Source: Acutalibacteraceae bacterium (lineage in GTDB: Bacteria > Bacillota > Clostridia > Oscillospirales > Acutalibacteraceae). Taken from it: a stretch of DNA of 64,000 nt. This document shows, in pieces, positions 17,377 to 27,176 of the stretch. The translations under genes and the position numbers were made by a program. The number at the start of each line of letters is the position of its first letter. The first letter of the stretch is position 1. Under the pieces are notes generated by a model that was given only the letters and a program-made list of their open reading frames with translations, was not told the DNA's origin and searched no databases. The stretch is from positions 66,913-130,912 of the forward strand of contig JAZNOE010000013.1 of NCBI GenBank assembly GCA_045580625.1, read 5' to 3'.

Positions 17377-18246
17377 TTGGCTGAAAGAAAATTTGAAAAG
17401 CATATTGAAATTGAGCGCAGTATAATTAAAAAATATCGCAAAACGATTTGGGTTAATTTTATTGCCGCCGTGCAGGAATATGAGCTGATACAGGAAAATG
17501 ACAAAATTGCCGTTTGTATTTCGGGTGGTAAGGATTCAATGATACTTGCAAAATGTATGCAACAACTTCAAAAACACAGTGCATATCCGTTTGAGCTAGT
17601 TTTCTTGGTAATGGATCCGGGCTATACACCGGAAAATCGTGCCCAAATTGAAGAAAACGCAAAAACGCTTAATATACCAATTACCATTTTTGAAAGTGAT
17701 ATTTTTGACGTTACAACACGTGTAGGCGGCTCACCCTGTTATTTGTGCGCCCGTATGCGCCGCGGTTGTCTTTACAGCAAGGCAAAGGAGCTTGGCTGTA
17801 ATAAAATTGCTTTAGGTCACCATTTTGATGACGTTATTGAAACCGTTTTAATGAGTATGTGTTATTCAAGCGAAATTAAAACAATGCTTCCAAAGCTTCA
17901 CAGCACTAATTTTGAAGGTATGCAACTGATAAGACCTTTGTACCGCGTTAAAGAAGCCGATATTATTTCCTGGGCAAAGTATAACGGACTTCAATTTTTG
18001 CAGTGCGCCTGCAAGCTGACTGCTGAAAGTAAGGACAGGGAAGACCTTTCAAAGCGTAAGGAGACCAAGGCTTTAATTAAATATATAAATTCGATAAATC
18101 CCAACGCTGCAGATAATATTTTCCGCAGTCTTCATAACGTGAATCTTGCAACAATGCCCGGTTATCGCGACTGTGATTCGGGTGAAGTTCACTCATTTTT
18201 AGAAAAGTTTAAGGAAAAAGAAAATGAAAAAATGTCCAATTTGTGA
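17377..18246 (+). CDS. ttcA: PP-loop ATPase of the TtcA family (tRNA 2-thiocytidine biosynthesis-like)
   Basis: SGGKDS PP-loop, CYLCARMRRG, and HHFDD..ET. TTG start after AGGAG. Confidence 0.8.
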   Translation: MAERKFEKHIEIERSIIKKYRKTIWVNFIAAVQEYELIQENDKIAVCISGGKDSMILAKCMQQLQKHSAYPFELVFLVMDPGYTPENRAQIEENAKTLNIPITIFESDIFDVTTRVGGSPCYLCARMRRGCLYSKAKELGCNKIALGHHFDDVIETVLMSMCYSSEIKTMLPKLHSTNFEGMQLIRPLYRVKEADIISWAKYNGLQFLQCACKLTAESKDREDLSKRKETKALIKYINSINPNAADNIFRSLHNVNLATMPGYRDCDSGEVHSFLEKFKEKENEKMSNL

Positions 18247-18625
18247 AATGACCGTAAAGGCCGATATGGCCTGTCCAATATGTCAGACAACCCTTACCTA
18301 TGAGCCTGAGGTGTCGGGCCATTTCGAAAAGAAAAAGCTTAATAAATATTTGTTTGTTTATTTTTTAAAGCGTTTTGCCTTTGTCATTTTTGCAGCCGCC
18401 TTTTGTGCCGTGGCAGGTATGTTTATCCAAATTGATGAATATTGGCTTGCAGCAGCCGTTACTTCTGCCGCCGCATTTGTAATTTCAATTTTGCAGCGCA
18501 CAATGACAATGTATATTAAAATACCGTTTTTAGAAACGCTTGTGTGGTTGTTTATACTTACAATTAAGTATATCGGACCGCTTTTGCCAATGGTTTGGGG
18601 AATTTTGTATTTAATATTCAACTGA
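18224..18625 (+). CDS. Membrane protein with an N-terminal zinc ribbon, unknown function
   Basis: CPICE..x11..CPICQ followed by 3 predicted TM segments. RBS AAGGAAAAAG. Overlaps the ttcA 3' end by 23 nt. Confidence 0.55.
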   Translation: MKKCPICEMTVKADMACPICQTTLTYEPEVSGHFEKKKLNKYLFVYFLKRFAFVIFAAAFCAVAGMFIQIDEYWLAAAVTSAAAFVISILQRTMTMYIKIPFLETLVWLFILTIKYIGPLLPMVWGILYLIFN

Positions 18626-18655
18626 AAAAGAAGAGCTGATTACAGCTCTTCTTTT
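18626..18655. terminator. Bidirectional terminator between convergent genes
   Basis: AAAAGAAGAGCTG-ATTA-CAGCTCTTCTTTT. The tcdA stop codon lies in the loop. Confidence 0.7.
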
Positions 18656-19335
18656 ATTATGTCTTTTATTACTTCACCCGCAATTATAAGCCCTGCGGCG
18701 GAAGGTACAAAGCTGATGCTCATTGGTGTGCGCGGGTCAATATCATTTTTAATTGGGTTTTCCTTTGAATATAAAACCTTAAGCTTTTTGATGCCGCGTT
18801 TTTTAAGCTCATATCTCATAACCTTTGCCAATGGACAAACGCTTGTTTTATAAATATCGGCAATTTCAAATTTTGTAGGGTCAAGCTTATTGCCTGTACC
18901 CATTGAAGAAACAAGCGGTGTACCGCTTTGCTGACATTTAACTGCAAGCTCAAGTTTGGCGGTGACGTTGTCAATTGCATCAACCACGTAATCATATTTT
19001 GAAAAATCGAAATTATCTGAATTTTCCGGCAAAAAAAGAACAGGAAAGGTGTTAACAACAGCGCTTGGGTTTATATCCAAAATTCTGTCGCGCATAACAT
19101 CGACCTTTAACTTGCCAACAGTTGAGTGCAGTGCAATAATTTGTCGGTTAATATTGGTTATATCAACACAGTCGCTGTCGATAATGTCAATTTTACCAAC
19201 CCCTGCGCGGGCAAGTGCTTCAACAGTATAACCGCCGACACCGCCAACCCCAAAAACTGCAACGTGACTGCTTTTAAGCCTATGGAGTGCATTTTTACCT
19301 ATTAAATTTTCGGTTCGTGAAAATTGTGTGTTCAT
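18640..19335 (-). CDS. tcdA: tRNA threonylcarbamoyladenosine dehydratase TcdA (ThiF/E1-like)
   Basis: ThiF-family Rossmann motif FGVGGVGGYTVEALARAG. Length and sequence are typical of TcdA/YgdL. Confidence 0.8.
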   Translation of the reverse strand: MNTQFSRTENLIGKNALHRLKSSHVAVFGVGGVGGYTVEALARAGVGKIDIIDSDCVDITNINRQIIALHSTVGKLKVDVMRDRILDINPSAVVNTFPVLFLPENSDNFDFSKYDYVVDAIDNVTAKLELAVKCQQSGTPLVSSMGTGNKLDPTKFEIADIYKTSVCPLAKVMRYELKKRGIKKLKVLYSKENPIKNDIDPRTPMSISFVPSAAGLIIAGEVIKDIIKEEL

Positions 19336-19471
19336 AATCTTGTCCCCAAATTTTTAATATAATAATTTTAAATGCAATGTAAAATTTTGTCAAGTAACTA
19401 TGTAGAAAAATGTAAAAACGTGTTATTTTTACGTTTTTTGTGTAAAAAACGGACAAATATTACCGATTTGC

Positions 19472-19500
19472 TTGATTTCTTTGTTAAAATATGGTAATAT
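19472..19500 (+). promoter_or_regulatory. Candidate sigma-A promoter (extended -10) of spo0A
   Basis: TTGATT (19472-19477), 17-nt spacer, TGgTAATAT (19492-19500). Confidence 0.4.
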
Positions 19501-19531
19501 ATGTAAAAACAAAATTACTGGAGGCAAAATT

Positions 19532-20308
19532 ATGGAAAAAAGGTTAAAAATTGTAATTGCGGATGATGTGAGCGATTTTTCTAAAAATTGCGCAAAAGTT
19601 CTTGACAGTTACGGAATGGACGTTATTCTTACCCAAAAAGACGGTTTAAAGGCTTTATCGACAGTAAAAGCCGAAAAGCCCGACGTTTTGTTGGCCGAAA
19701 TTTTTATGCCTAATTTAGACATTTTAGGTGTGCTTGATGCTTTGGGTAAGCTTGATAAAAAGGACGTACCGCTTGTTATGGTAATGTCAGGGTATGCAAA
19801 TCCAAGACTTGAAAAAGAAATTTTAAATGCCGGTGCTTGTTATTATTTTTTAAAGCCGTTTGACGTTAATGTGATGGCTGAAAGGATAATTAAGCTTTCG
19901 GGCTGGAAAAATGAAAAGACTCCGCTTGTACTTAATAATTCTTCTGTCGGTGATAACGAGCTTGAAATTATGGTAACCGAAATTATGCACCAGATTGGTG
20001 TACCTGCACATATAAAGGGTTATCATTATTTGCGCGAATCAATTATTCTTTCAATTAAAAACAGTGAAATTATTAATTCGGTCACAAAGCTATTATATCC
20101 CACAATTGCCAAAACCTATTCAACCACCGCCTCCCGTGTAGAGCGTGCAATACGTCACGCAATTGAAGTTGCCTGGGATAGGGGAGATATTGACGTGCTG
20201 AATTCATATTTTGGGTATACCATTCAAAACCAACGCGGTAAACCCACAAATTCTGAATTCATTGCAATGATAAGCGATAAGCTTCGCCTTAAACTGAAGA
20301 TTGGATAA
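19532..20308 (+). CDS. spo0A: Sporulation master regulator Spo0A, with Glu at the phospho-acceptor position
   Basis: Receiver domain plus a Spo0A-specific C-terminal domain ([51 protein letters not shown]). Start at the ATG at 19532 after GGAGG. Codon 56 is GAA (19697-19699). Confidence 0.93.
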   Translation: MEKRLKIVIADDVSDFSKNCAKVLDSYGMDVILTQKDGLKALSTVKAEKPDVLLAEIFMPNLDILGVLDALGKLDKKDVPLVMVMSGYANPRLEKEILNAGACYYFLKPFDVNVMAERIIKLSGWKNEKTPLVLNNSSVGDNELEIMVTEIMHQIGVPAHIKGYHYLRESIILSIKNSEIINSVTKLLYPTIAKTYSTTASRVERAIRHAIEVAWDRGDIDVLNSYFGYTIQNQRGKPTNSEFIAMISDKLRLKLKIG

Positions 20309-20520
20309 ATTGGGGTTTGTCGCTGAGGCGAGGTAAGAGGTAATAGTGAAGAGGTTAGGTGTCGCTCCGTGACGGATGTAAATAATCTGTAATTTAATTG
20401 ATATTACCCGTAGGGGCGATTCACGAATCGCCCGATGCGATTAACTATTTTTTTCGGACAATTCGTGAATTGTCCCTACGATGTGCCGCCAATTAAACAG
20501 AGCGATAAACTATAATTTGC
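20307..20520 (+). repeat. MITE/REPIN-like non-coding element, copy C (solo)
   Basis: The head AAATTGGGGTTTGTCGCTGAG starts within the spo0A stop codon. An inverted pair of GTAGGG hairpins lies at 20410-20433 and 20456-20479. The tail CCCTACGATGTGCCGCCAATTAAACAGAGCGATAAACTATAATTTG matches tail A. Confidence 0.6.
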
Positions 20521-20650
20521 AGACTGTTTAAAAAATATAATATATTATTTTTTTGACATAAATGCTGATTTGTGCATAAAGTTCTTGATAAAATAACGCC
20601 TTTGCTGTAAAATAAAAATGTAAAATTACGGCTTTAAAGGGGCAAATGGT

Positions 20651-21769
20651 ATGTATATCAGATATACTTATGAACAGTTGAACAAATTTTGTGTTGATGC
20701 TTTTGTAAAATTCGGTTTTACTGATGAACAGGCAAAGAAAATAACCGACGTTTTACTTTTGTCTGACGTTTACGGTATTGAATCACACGGTATGCAACGT
20801 CTTGTTCGCTACCATAAGGGGATTGAAAAGGGTCTTATCCATGTTGATGCCAAGCCTGAAATAGTTTTTGAAACTCCGGTTTCAGCTGTTATTGACGGTC
20901 ACGACGGTATGGGTCAGTTAATTTCAATTGATGCGATGAACCTTGCCATTGAAAAAGCAAAGGTAAGCGGTATGGCGGTTGTAAGTGTTAAAAATTCAAA
21001 CCATTTCGGTATTGCGGGTTATTATGCAAAAATGGCTTGTGATCAGGGCCTTATCGGTTTTGCAATGACCAACTCTGAAGCTATAATGGTGCCAACCTAT
21101 GCAAGAAAGGCAATGCTTGGCTCTAACCCAATTGCAATTTCAATGCCGGCCGAGCCTTATCCCTTCTTTTTTGATTCTTCAACCACCGTTGTAACGAGGG
21201 GTAAGCTTGAAATTTACAATAAGCTTTCAAAACCATTGCCCGAAGGCTGGGCTTTGGATGAAAACGGTAAGCCCTGTAGCGATGCTGACCGCGTGCTTAA
21301 AAATATTGTCGGCAAAAATGGTGGCGGAATTGTGCCGCTTGGTGGTGACACTGAGCCGCTTGGCGGTCATAAGGGTTACGGCTATGGTATGTTGTGTGAA
21401 ATTTTCTGTTCAATTTTCTCGGGCGGTCTTACTTCCAACCACACCCATGTTGATGGAAAGGGCGGAACTTGTCACGGCTTTATGGTAATTGACCCCAAGG
21501 TGTTTGGCGATACCGATGCGCTTAAAGAACGTTTTTCAGTCTTTTTGCAGGAGCTTCGCGACGCACCAAAAGCCGAAGGACAGGAACGCATTTATACCCA
21601 CGGTGAAAAGGAAATTATTGCAAGCGCTGACCGAATGAAAAACGGCATTGACGTTAATATCAATACTGTTGCCGAAATGAAGGATTTATGTGATTATCTC
21701 GGTCTTGACAGCGTTGAATATCTTGGCGAGGTTGATTTTTCACTCGCAAAACAAAGCTCTTATAAATAA
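20651..21769 (+). CDS. Ldh_2-family (malate/L-lactate/ureidoglycolate-type) NAD(P)H-dependent oxidoreductase
   Basis: 372 aa with sequence features of the type-2 malate/lactate dehydrogenase family (GIESHGMQRL, SNHFGIAGYY, GGHKGYG). Confidence 0.75.
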   Translation: MYIRYTYEQLNKFCVDAFVKFGFTDEQAKKITDVLLLSDVYGIESHGMQRLVRYHKGIEKGLIHVDAKPEIVFETPVSAVIDGHDGMGQLISIDAMNLAIEKAKVSGMAVVSVKNSNHFGIAGYYAKMACDQGLIGFAMTNSEAIMVPTYARKAMLGSNPIAISMPAEPYPFFFDSSTTVVTRGKLEIYNKLSKPLPEGWALDENGKPCSDADRVLKNIVGKNGGGIVPLGGDTEPLGGHKGYGYGMLCEIFCSIFSGGLTSNHTHVDGKGGTCHGFMVIDPKVFGDTDALKERFSVFLQELRDAPKAEGQERIYTHGEKEIIASADRMKNGIDVNINTVAEMKDLCDYLGLDSVEYLGEVDFSLAKQSSYK

Positions 21770-21778
21770 ATATAATTT

Positions 21779-21815
21779 AACCACAGCAAAAGCTTGCTTT
21801 TGCTGTGGTTTTTTG
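21779..21815 (+). terminator. Intrinsic terminator
   Basis: AACCACAGCAAAAGC / GCTTTTGCTGTGGTT 15-bp stem followed by a T-run. Confidence 0.85.
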
Positions 21816-21900
21816 TCTATATAATTGTTGAAAAAAATGTTTAAATATGTTATTATAAATTATTATATTGGATAATTATATCTTAAAGGCGGTGAAAAAT

Positions 21901-23922
21901 ATGGCATATAAAAAATGGGAAGTCAAATCGGTTGACAGAATAAAGGCAAAGGAATTGGCTCTTGAATGTGACGTAGAGCCTATTGTGGCGCTCATTGCCG
22001 CATCACGCGGCTATACTGACCCAACTGATTTAGAACAGTTTTTGTCTGATGAGCCGTATTTTTCTGATGTGTATGAGCTTGTCGATATAATGCACGCCGC
22101 CGATATTGTCAATTTAAAAATAAGTGAAGGCAAGAAAATTGCCGTTTACGGCGACTATGACTGTGACGGTGTTACTGCAACTGCGCTTTTGTATAAATAT
22201 CTTAAAGGGCGCGGGGTTGACTGTGTTTATTATATACCTGACCGCTTCAGCGAAGGCTATGGTATGAACTGTGACGCGGTGCGCCGCCTTAAAGAGCAGG
22301 GCGTTGACCTTATAATTACTGTTGATAACGGCATTTCCTGTTATGAAGAAGTTGCCCTTGCAAACAGTCTTGGTATGACTGTTGTTGTTACCGACCACCA
22401 CCTACCGCCCGAACGTTTACCCGAAGCCGCGGCGGTTGTTGACCCACACAGACGTGACTGCCCGTCATCCTTTAAGTCGGTTTGCGGTGCCCAAGTGGCT
22501 TTTAAGCTTATTTGCGTAATGGAAGGCGCCGAGCCAGAAGAACTTTTACCGCTTTATGCCGATATTCTGACAGTGGCGGTAATTGCCGACATTATGCCGC
22601 TTACGCTTGAAAACCGCATTATTGTGAAATACGGTATTGAAAAAATTAAAAAATCTGCTTGTCTTGTGGGTATTCGTGCGCTGTTAAACGTTGCGGGTGT
22701 TAATTTAAAGGATGTTAATGCTTCTCGCGTTGCTTTTGGTATTTGCCCACGTATAAATGCGGCAGGCAGAATGGGTGCCGCTTCGCGTGCAGTTGAATTA
22801 CTTGTGACCGAAGATATGATGCAAGCACTTGAAATTGCAAACGAAATTGATGCTGATAATTCCGCCCGTCAGCAAACTGAAAAAAAGATATGCGAAGAAG
22901 CAATTGAAAAAATTGAGCAAAACGGTTATGCCTATGACCGCATAATTGTGGTTGACGGTGAAAACTGGCATCACGGTGTTGTGGGCATTGTCGCATCCCG
23001 AATTTGTGAAAAATACGGCAAGCCTGCTATTGTAATTTCTCGTGACGGTGATACGGCTCACGGCTCGGGCAGAAGCTATGAAGGCTTTTCGCTTTATGAT
23101 GCAATTTTCAGCGCTAAAGATTATTTAACTAAATTCGGAGGTCACGAACAGGCTGCGGGAATCAGCCTTGAAAGTGAGAATATTCAAGCCTTCAGAAAAG
23201 CTATTAATGATTATGCCGTAACGGTTAATTTTGTTGTGCCTGCGCTTAACCTTGACTGCAAGATAAACCCCGCCGCTTTAACGGTTGACTTGTCTGACAG
23301 TATAAAAATACTTGAACCCTTTGGTTTTGAAAATCCCGAGCCGCTTTTTGGCGTTTTTGGTGTCACACTTCAAAGAATTACCCCTATTGCTAACAATAAG
23401 CATACAAAGCTTTTGCTCACAAAGGGGGATAACACCTTTCAGGCATTATTGTTTGGTGTTGGGCCAGATGCTTTTAATTACAGCGTTGGTGATCTTCTCG
23501 ATCTTGCGGTTACGGTTTCTACAAATTATTTTAACGGCAATTATACCGTTAACGTTGTTATAAAAGAAATGCGCTTAGCAGATATTGATGAAGCGGCGCT
23601 GTTTTCCGATATTGAAAGCTATGAAGGCTTTAAAGCCAAAAGGGAATATAGCCCAGAAAGAATAACCCCAACCCGCGCAGAAGTGGGTGAAATATATCGC
23701 GCAATTACCCAAAACGGTGTTTCGGGTGAAAAGCTTGTAAATATGTTTTTAAGAAGGCTTGGCTATGGCAAAATTAAAATCTCGCTTGATGTTTTGTCAC
23801 AGCTCGGTCTTGTAAAATTGCAAAACGGTAAATATAGCTTATTGCCGACTGCCGAAAAAACCAATTTAATGAATTCTGAAATCTTCAGCTTATTGACAAA
23901 GGAGCGTGAACAGCTTGACTGA
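21901..23922 (+). CDS. recJ: Single-stranded-DNA-specific exonuclease RecJ
   Basis: DHH-family motifs DYDCDGV, DNG and TDHH, plus a DHHA1 domain. I prefer the ATG at 21901. Confidence 0.9.
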   Translation: MAYKKWEVKSVDRIKAKELALECDVEPIVALIAASRGYTDPTDLEQFLSDEPYFSDVYELVDIMHAADIVNLKISEGKKIAVYGDYDCDGVTATALLYKYLKGRGVDCVYYIPDRFSEGYGMNCDAVRRLKEQGVDLIITVDNGISCYEEVALANSLGMTVVVTDHHLPPERLPEAAAVVDPHRRDCPSSFKSVCGAQVAFKLICVMEGAEPEELLPLYADILTVAVIADIMPLTLENRIIVKYGIEKIKKSACLVGIRALLNVAGVNLKDVNASRVAFGICPRINAAGRMGAASRAVELLVTEDMMQALEIANEIDADNSARQQTEKKICEEAIEKIEQNGYAYDRIIVVDGENWHHGVVGIVASRICEKYGKPAIVISRDGDTAHGSGRSYEGFSLYDAIFSAKDYLTKFGGHEQAAGISLESENIQAFRKAINDYAVTVNFVVPALNLDCKINPAALTVDLSDSIKILEPFGFENPEPLFGVFGVTLQRITPIANNKHTKLLLTKGDNTFQALLFGVGPDAFNYSVGDLLDLAVTVSTNYFNGNYTVNVVIKEMRLADIDEAALFSDIESYEGFKAKREYSPERITPTRAEVGEIYRAITQNGVSGEKLVNMFLRRLGYGKIKISLDVLSQLGLVKLQNGKYSLLPTAEKTNLMNSEIFSLLTKEREQLD

Positions 23923-26107
23923 TATCGAAAAGAAAAATCTTGAAGAATTAAAGTGCGTTATGCAAAATTTCGGCGGTAATTATGATTTCGATATGGTCGA
24001 AAGGGCATTTACCCTTTGTGTGACTGCTCATGCAGGTCAGAAGCGAATTTCGGGTGAAGATTATTATTACCACCCCTTTAACGTTGCTAAAATTGTTATT
24101 TCACTCGGTATGGACAGTCAGTCAATTGCGGCTTCGCTCTTACACGACGTAGTTGAAGATACCGAGCACACAATTGAAGAAATTAAAGAAATGTTCGGTG
24201 CAGAGGTTGCACTTTTGGTTGACGGGGTTACAAAAATCGGTCGACTGAATTTTTCTACTAAAGAACAGCAACAGGCTGAAAGCCTGCGCAAAATGCTTAT
24301 TGCAATGGGTCAGGATATCCGTGTAATTATTATTAAGCTTGCTGACCGACTTCATAATATGCGAACGATTGATGCTATGCGCGAGCAAAAGCAACGCGAT
24401 ATTTCGGTTGAAACGCTTGAAATTTATGCGCCAATTGCTCACCGACTTGGTATTCGCCCTGTTAAGGAAGAACTTGAGGATTTAGCAATTAAGCACCTTG
24501 ACCCCGTGGCTTATCACGATATTGAAGAACTGCTTATGCATCGCAAGCAACACCGCGAGCAGATACTGAATGAAATTAAAAGCCGCATAGAAGAGCGTCT
24601 TCGTGAAGAAATGCCAAACGTTACGCTGTCTTTTCAGGGGCGCGTTAAATCTATTCACGGTATATACCGAAAAATGTATATTCAGAACCGTGATTTCGAT
24701 GAAATTTATGATATTTATGCCATTCGTGTAATTACCGATACGGTTGCTGACTGTTATAATATTCTAGGTATAATGCACGATATGTTCAGACCGATTCCTA
24801 ACCGTTTTAAGGATTATATTTCTACACCGAAGCCTAATATGTATCAGTCGCTTCATACAACGGTTATCGGTCGAAGCGGTATTCCGTTTGAAATTCAGAT
24901 ACGCACCTTTGAAATGCACCACACTGCCGAATACGGTATCGCGGCGCATTGGAAGTATAAAGAAGGCATAAAGGATAACGATAAAAAGCTTGAAGACCGT
25001 CTTGCGTGGGTGCGTCAGATAATTGAAAATCAGGAAGCTACCGACGACAGCACTGAGCTTATACGAAACATTAAGGTTGACCTTTCGCAGGAAGACGTTT
25101 TTGCCGTTACACCAAAGGGTGATGTTATAAATCTTCCGCTTGGCGCAACGGTTGTTGACTTTGCTTTTCAGATACATTCTGCCGTTGGTACACGAATGGT
25201 CGGTGCAAAGGTTGACGGTAAAATTGTGCCGATAAATCACGAGGTTAAAACCGGTGAGGTTATTGAAATATTAACCACAAATCAAGCGGGGCACGGCCCC
25301 AGCCGCGACTGGCTTAATATTGCCGTTACGTCATCGGCCAAAGCAAAGATACGCTCGTGGTTTAAAAAGGAAAGACGAAGCGAAAACATTGTTACGGGTA
25401 AAGCCGACTTTGAAAAAGAGCTTCGCCGAAATAACATTGATATTCCCGACAGTGAAATGGATGAATTTGTCGATGACATAGCCCGCCGTTACCGCCTTGC
25501 AAATGGTGAAGAATTTTATGCGGCTATCGGTTATGGCGGCATCTTGCTTTCAAAAATAATTCCCCGTATCAAGGATGATTATAATAAAAAGGCGGCCGAA
25601 AAGAAACCGCCCGAAATCGTGCCCATTAATGAAATGCGGTCAAGAAAATCATCCGACGGTGTTATTGTTGAGGGAATTGATAATTGTCTTATCAAATTTT
25701 CACATTGCTGTAACCCATTGCCGGGGGATGATATCATCGGTTATATTACCCGCGGTCACGGTGTGTCTATTCACAAGCGCGACTGTAATAACGTACCCGT
25801 TAATATTGCTGACAGTCCCGAGCCTGCCCGTTGGATTGCGGCCTATTGGGACGGTACCAAGAGTGAAAGTCTTACTTCAACACTTCGTGCAACTGCAATT
25901 GACCGTCAAGGTATTTTAATAGAAATAATGAACGCTGTAAATAATATGCGTGTTCCGATTCACAGCATTAATGCCCGACAGCTAAAAAACGGCAACTGCA
26001 CAATTATTATGACAATAAGTGCAGAAAGCGTTGAGCATCTCAACAGCATTATTATGCGCATAGAAAAGGTAAGCGGTATTTTCAGTGTTGAAAGGATAAA
26101 TCAGTAA
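23915..26107 (+). CDS. relA: Bifunctional (p)ppGpp synthetase/hydrolase Rel (RSH)
   Basis: HD hydrolase motif HDVVEDT, a RelA/SpoT synthetase domain, then TGS and ACT domains. I prefer the TTG at 23915, 10 nt after AAGGAG. The GTG at 23906 is the alternative. Confidence 0.92.
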   Translation: MTDIEKKNLEELKCVMQNFGGNYDFDMVERAFTLCVTAHAGQKRISGEDYYYHPFNVAKIVISLGMDSQSIAASLLHDVVEDTEHTIEEIKEMFGAEVALLVDGVTKIGRLNFSTKEQQQAESLRKMLIAMGQDIRVIIIKLADRLHNMRTIDAMREQKQRDISVETLEIYAPIAHRLGIRPVKEELEDLAIKHLDPVAYHDIEELLMHRKQHREQILNEIKSRIEERLREEMPNVTLSFQGRVKSIHGIYRKMYIQNRDFDEIYDIYAIRVITDTVADCYNILGIMHDMFRPIPNRFKDYISTPKPNMYQSLHTTVIGRSGIPFEIQIRTFEMHHTAEYGIAAHWKYKEGIKDNDKKLEDRLAWVRQIIENQEATDDSTELIRNIKVDLSQEDVFAVTPKGDVINLPLGATVVDFAFQIHSAVGTRMVGAKVDGKIVPINHEVKTGEVIEILTTNQAGHGPSRDWLNIAVTSSAKAKIRSWFKKERRSENIVTGKADFEKELRRNNIDIPDSEMDEFVDDIARRYRLANGEEFYAAIGYGGILLSKIIPRIKDDYNKKAAEKKPPEIVPINEMRSRKSSDGVIVEGIDNCLIKFSHCCNPLPGDDIIGYITRGHGVSIHKRDCNNVPVNIADSPEPARWIAAYWDGTKSESLTSTLRATAIDRQGILIEIMNAVNNMRVPIHSINARQLKNGNCTIIMTISAESVEHLNSIIMRIEKVSGIFSVERINQ

Positions 26108-26571
26108 TGAAAGCAGTTATTCAAAGGGTTTCCTCCGCTTCTGTTACGGTCGATGAAAAAATTGTCGGTAGCTGTAACGAAGGGTATATGATACTTTTCG
26201 GCGCGGCAGAGGGGGATACGCTTGGGGATATTGACATTCTTGCACGCAAAACTGTGAATTTGCGGGTTTTTTGTGATGAGAATGATAAAATGAACAAGTC
26301 AATTCTTGATATAAACGGTGAAGTGCTTTGCATTTCACAATTCACCCTTTGCGCCGACGTTAAAAAGGGAAACCGCCCGTCATTTATCGGCGCAATGCAG
26401 CCCGATTTAGCAAGTCAGTATTACGATATTTTTTGCGAAAAGCTTAAAGAATTCGGCGTTAAAAGGGTAGAAAAGGGCATTTTTGGCGCAGATATGCAGG
26501 TAAGTCTTGTTAATGACGGGCCTGTTACGATACTTTTTGATACCAAAATTTGGAGAAAGAATGGAAATTAA
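26107..26571 (+). CDS. dtd: D-aminoacyl-tRNA deacylase
   Basis: MKAVIQRV N-terminus with SQFTL and NDGPVT motifs. The start overlaps the relA stop codon. Confidence 0.92.
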   Translation: MKAVIQRVSSASVTVDEKIVGSCNEGYMILFGAAEGDTLGDIDILARKTVNLRVFCDENDKMNKSILDINGEVLCISQFTLCADVKKGNRPSFIGAMQPDLASQYYDIFCEKLKEFGVKRVEKGIFGADMQVSLVNDGPVTILFDTKIWRKNGN

Positions 26572-27175
26572 AAGAATTGTTTTAGGTGATATTGAGGTTA
26601 ACTGTTACCTTTTGTCCAGTGATAATGCTTCGGTGGTTATTGACCCCGGTTTTTACTGTGATGAAGCACTTGATTTTTTGAAAAAATCAAAGGATAAACA
26701 GCGCCTTATTATACTGACTCACGGGCATTTTGACCATATCGGTTTTGCAAAAGAACTGTCCGATATGACAGATACTAAAATTGCTATCGGTGAAAAAGAT
26801 GCCGCGGCTCTTCAAGATAATTATCTAAATCTTTCAGCACCGTTTGGCGCACCTATCGAGCCGTTTGAAGCCGATGTGCTTTTATCTGACGGTCAAAATT
26901 TAAGCATTGGTGATATAAGCTTAAAAATTATCTATACTCCCGGTCATACCGTTGGTGGTATTTGCTGTCTTTGCGGTGATATTTTGTTTTCGGGTGATAC
27001 ACTTTTCGGCGGAAGCATTGGCAGAACTGATTTTCCCGGTGGCAGTTTTATGACACTTAAGGCTTCAATTGAAGGGCTTTACACCTTGCCCGATGACACA
27101 CAATTGCTTTCAGGTCACGGAGAGCCTTCAACCATTGGCAGAGAAAAAAGATATAATCCTTTTGTAAGAGGTTAA
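26561..27175 (+). CDS. Metallo-beta-lactamase-fold hydrolase (glyoxalase II-like)
   Basis: THGHFDH zinc motif. ATG at 26561 after GGAGAAAG, overlapping the dtd end by 11 nt. Confidence 0.8.
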   Translation: MEIKRIVLGDIEVNCYLLSSDNASVVIDPGFYCDEALDFLKKSKDKQRLIILTHGHFDHIGFAKELSDMTDTKIAIGEKDAAALQDNYLNLSAPFGAPIEPFEADVLLSDGQNLSIGDISLKIIYTPGHTVGGICCLCGDILFSGDTLFGGSIGRTDFPGGSFMTLKASIEGLYTLPDDTQLLSGHGEPSTIGREKRYNPFVRG

Positions 27176-27176
27176 A

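Noticed and set aside
19336-19531. Spo0A autoregulatory 0A boxes (TGTCGAA) upstream of spo0A
   Set aside because: Only loose matches are present (TGTCAAG at about 19388). The repeated TGTAAAA(A)CG strings are indistinguishable from AT-rich background without comparative data.
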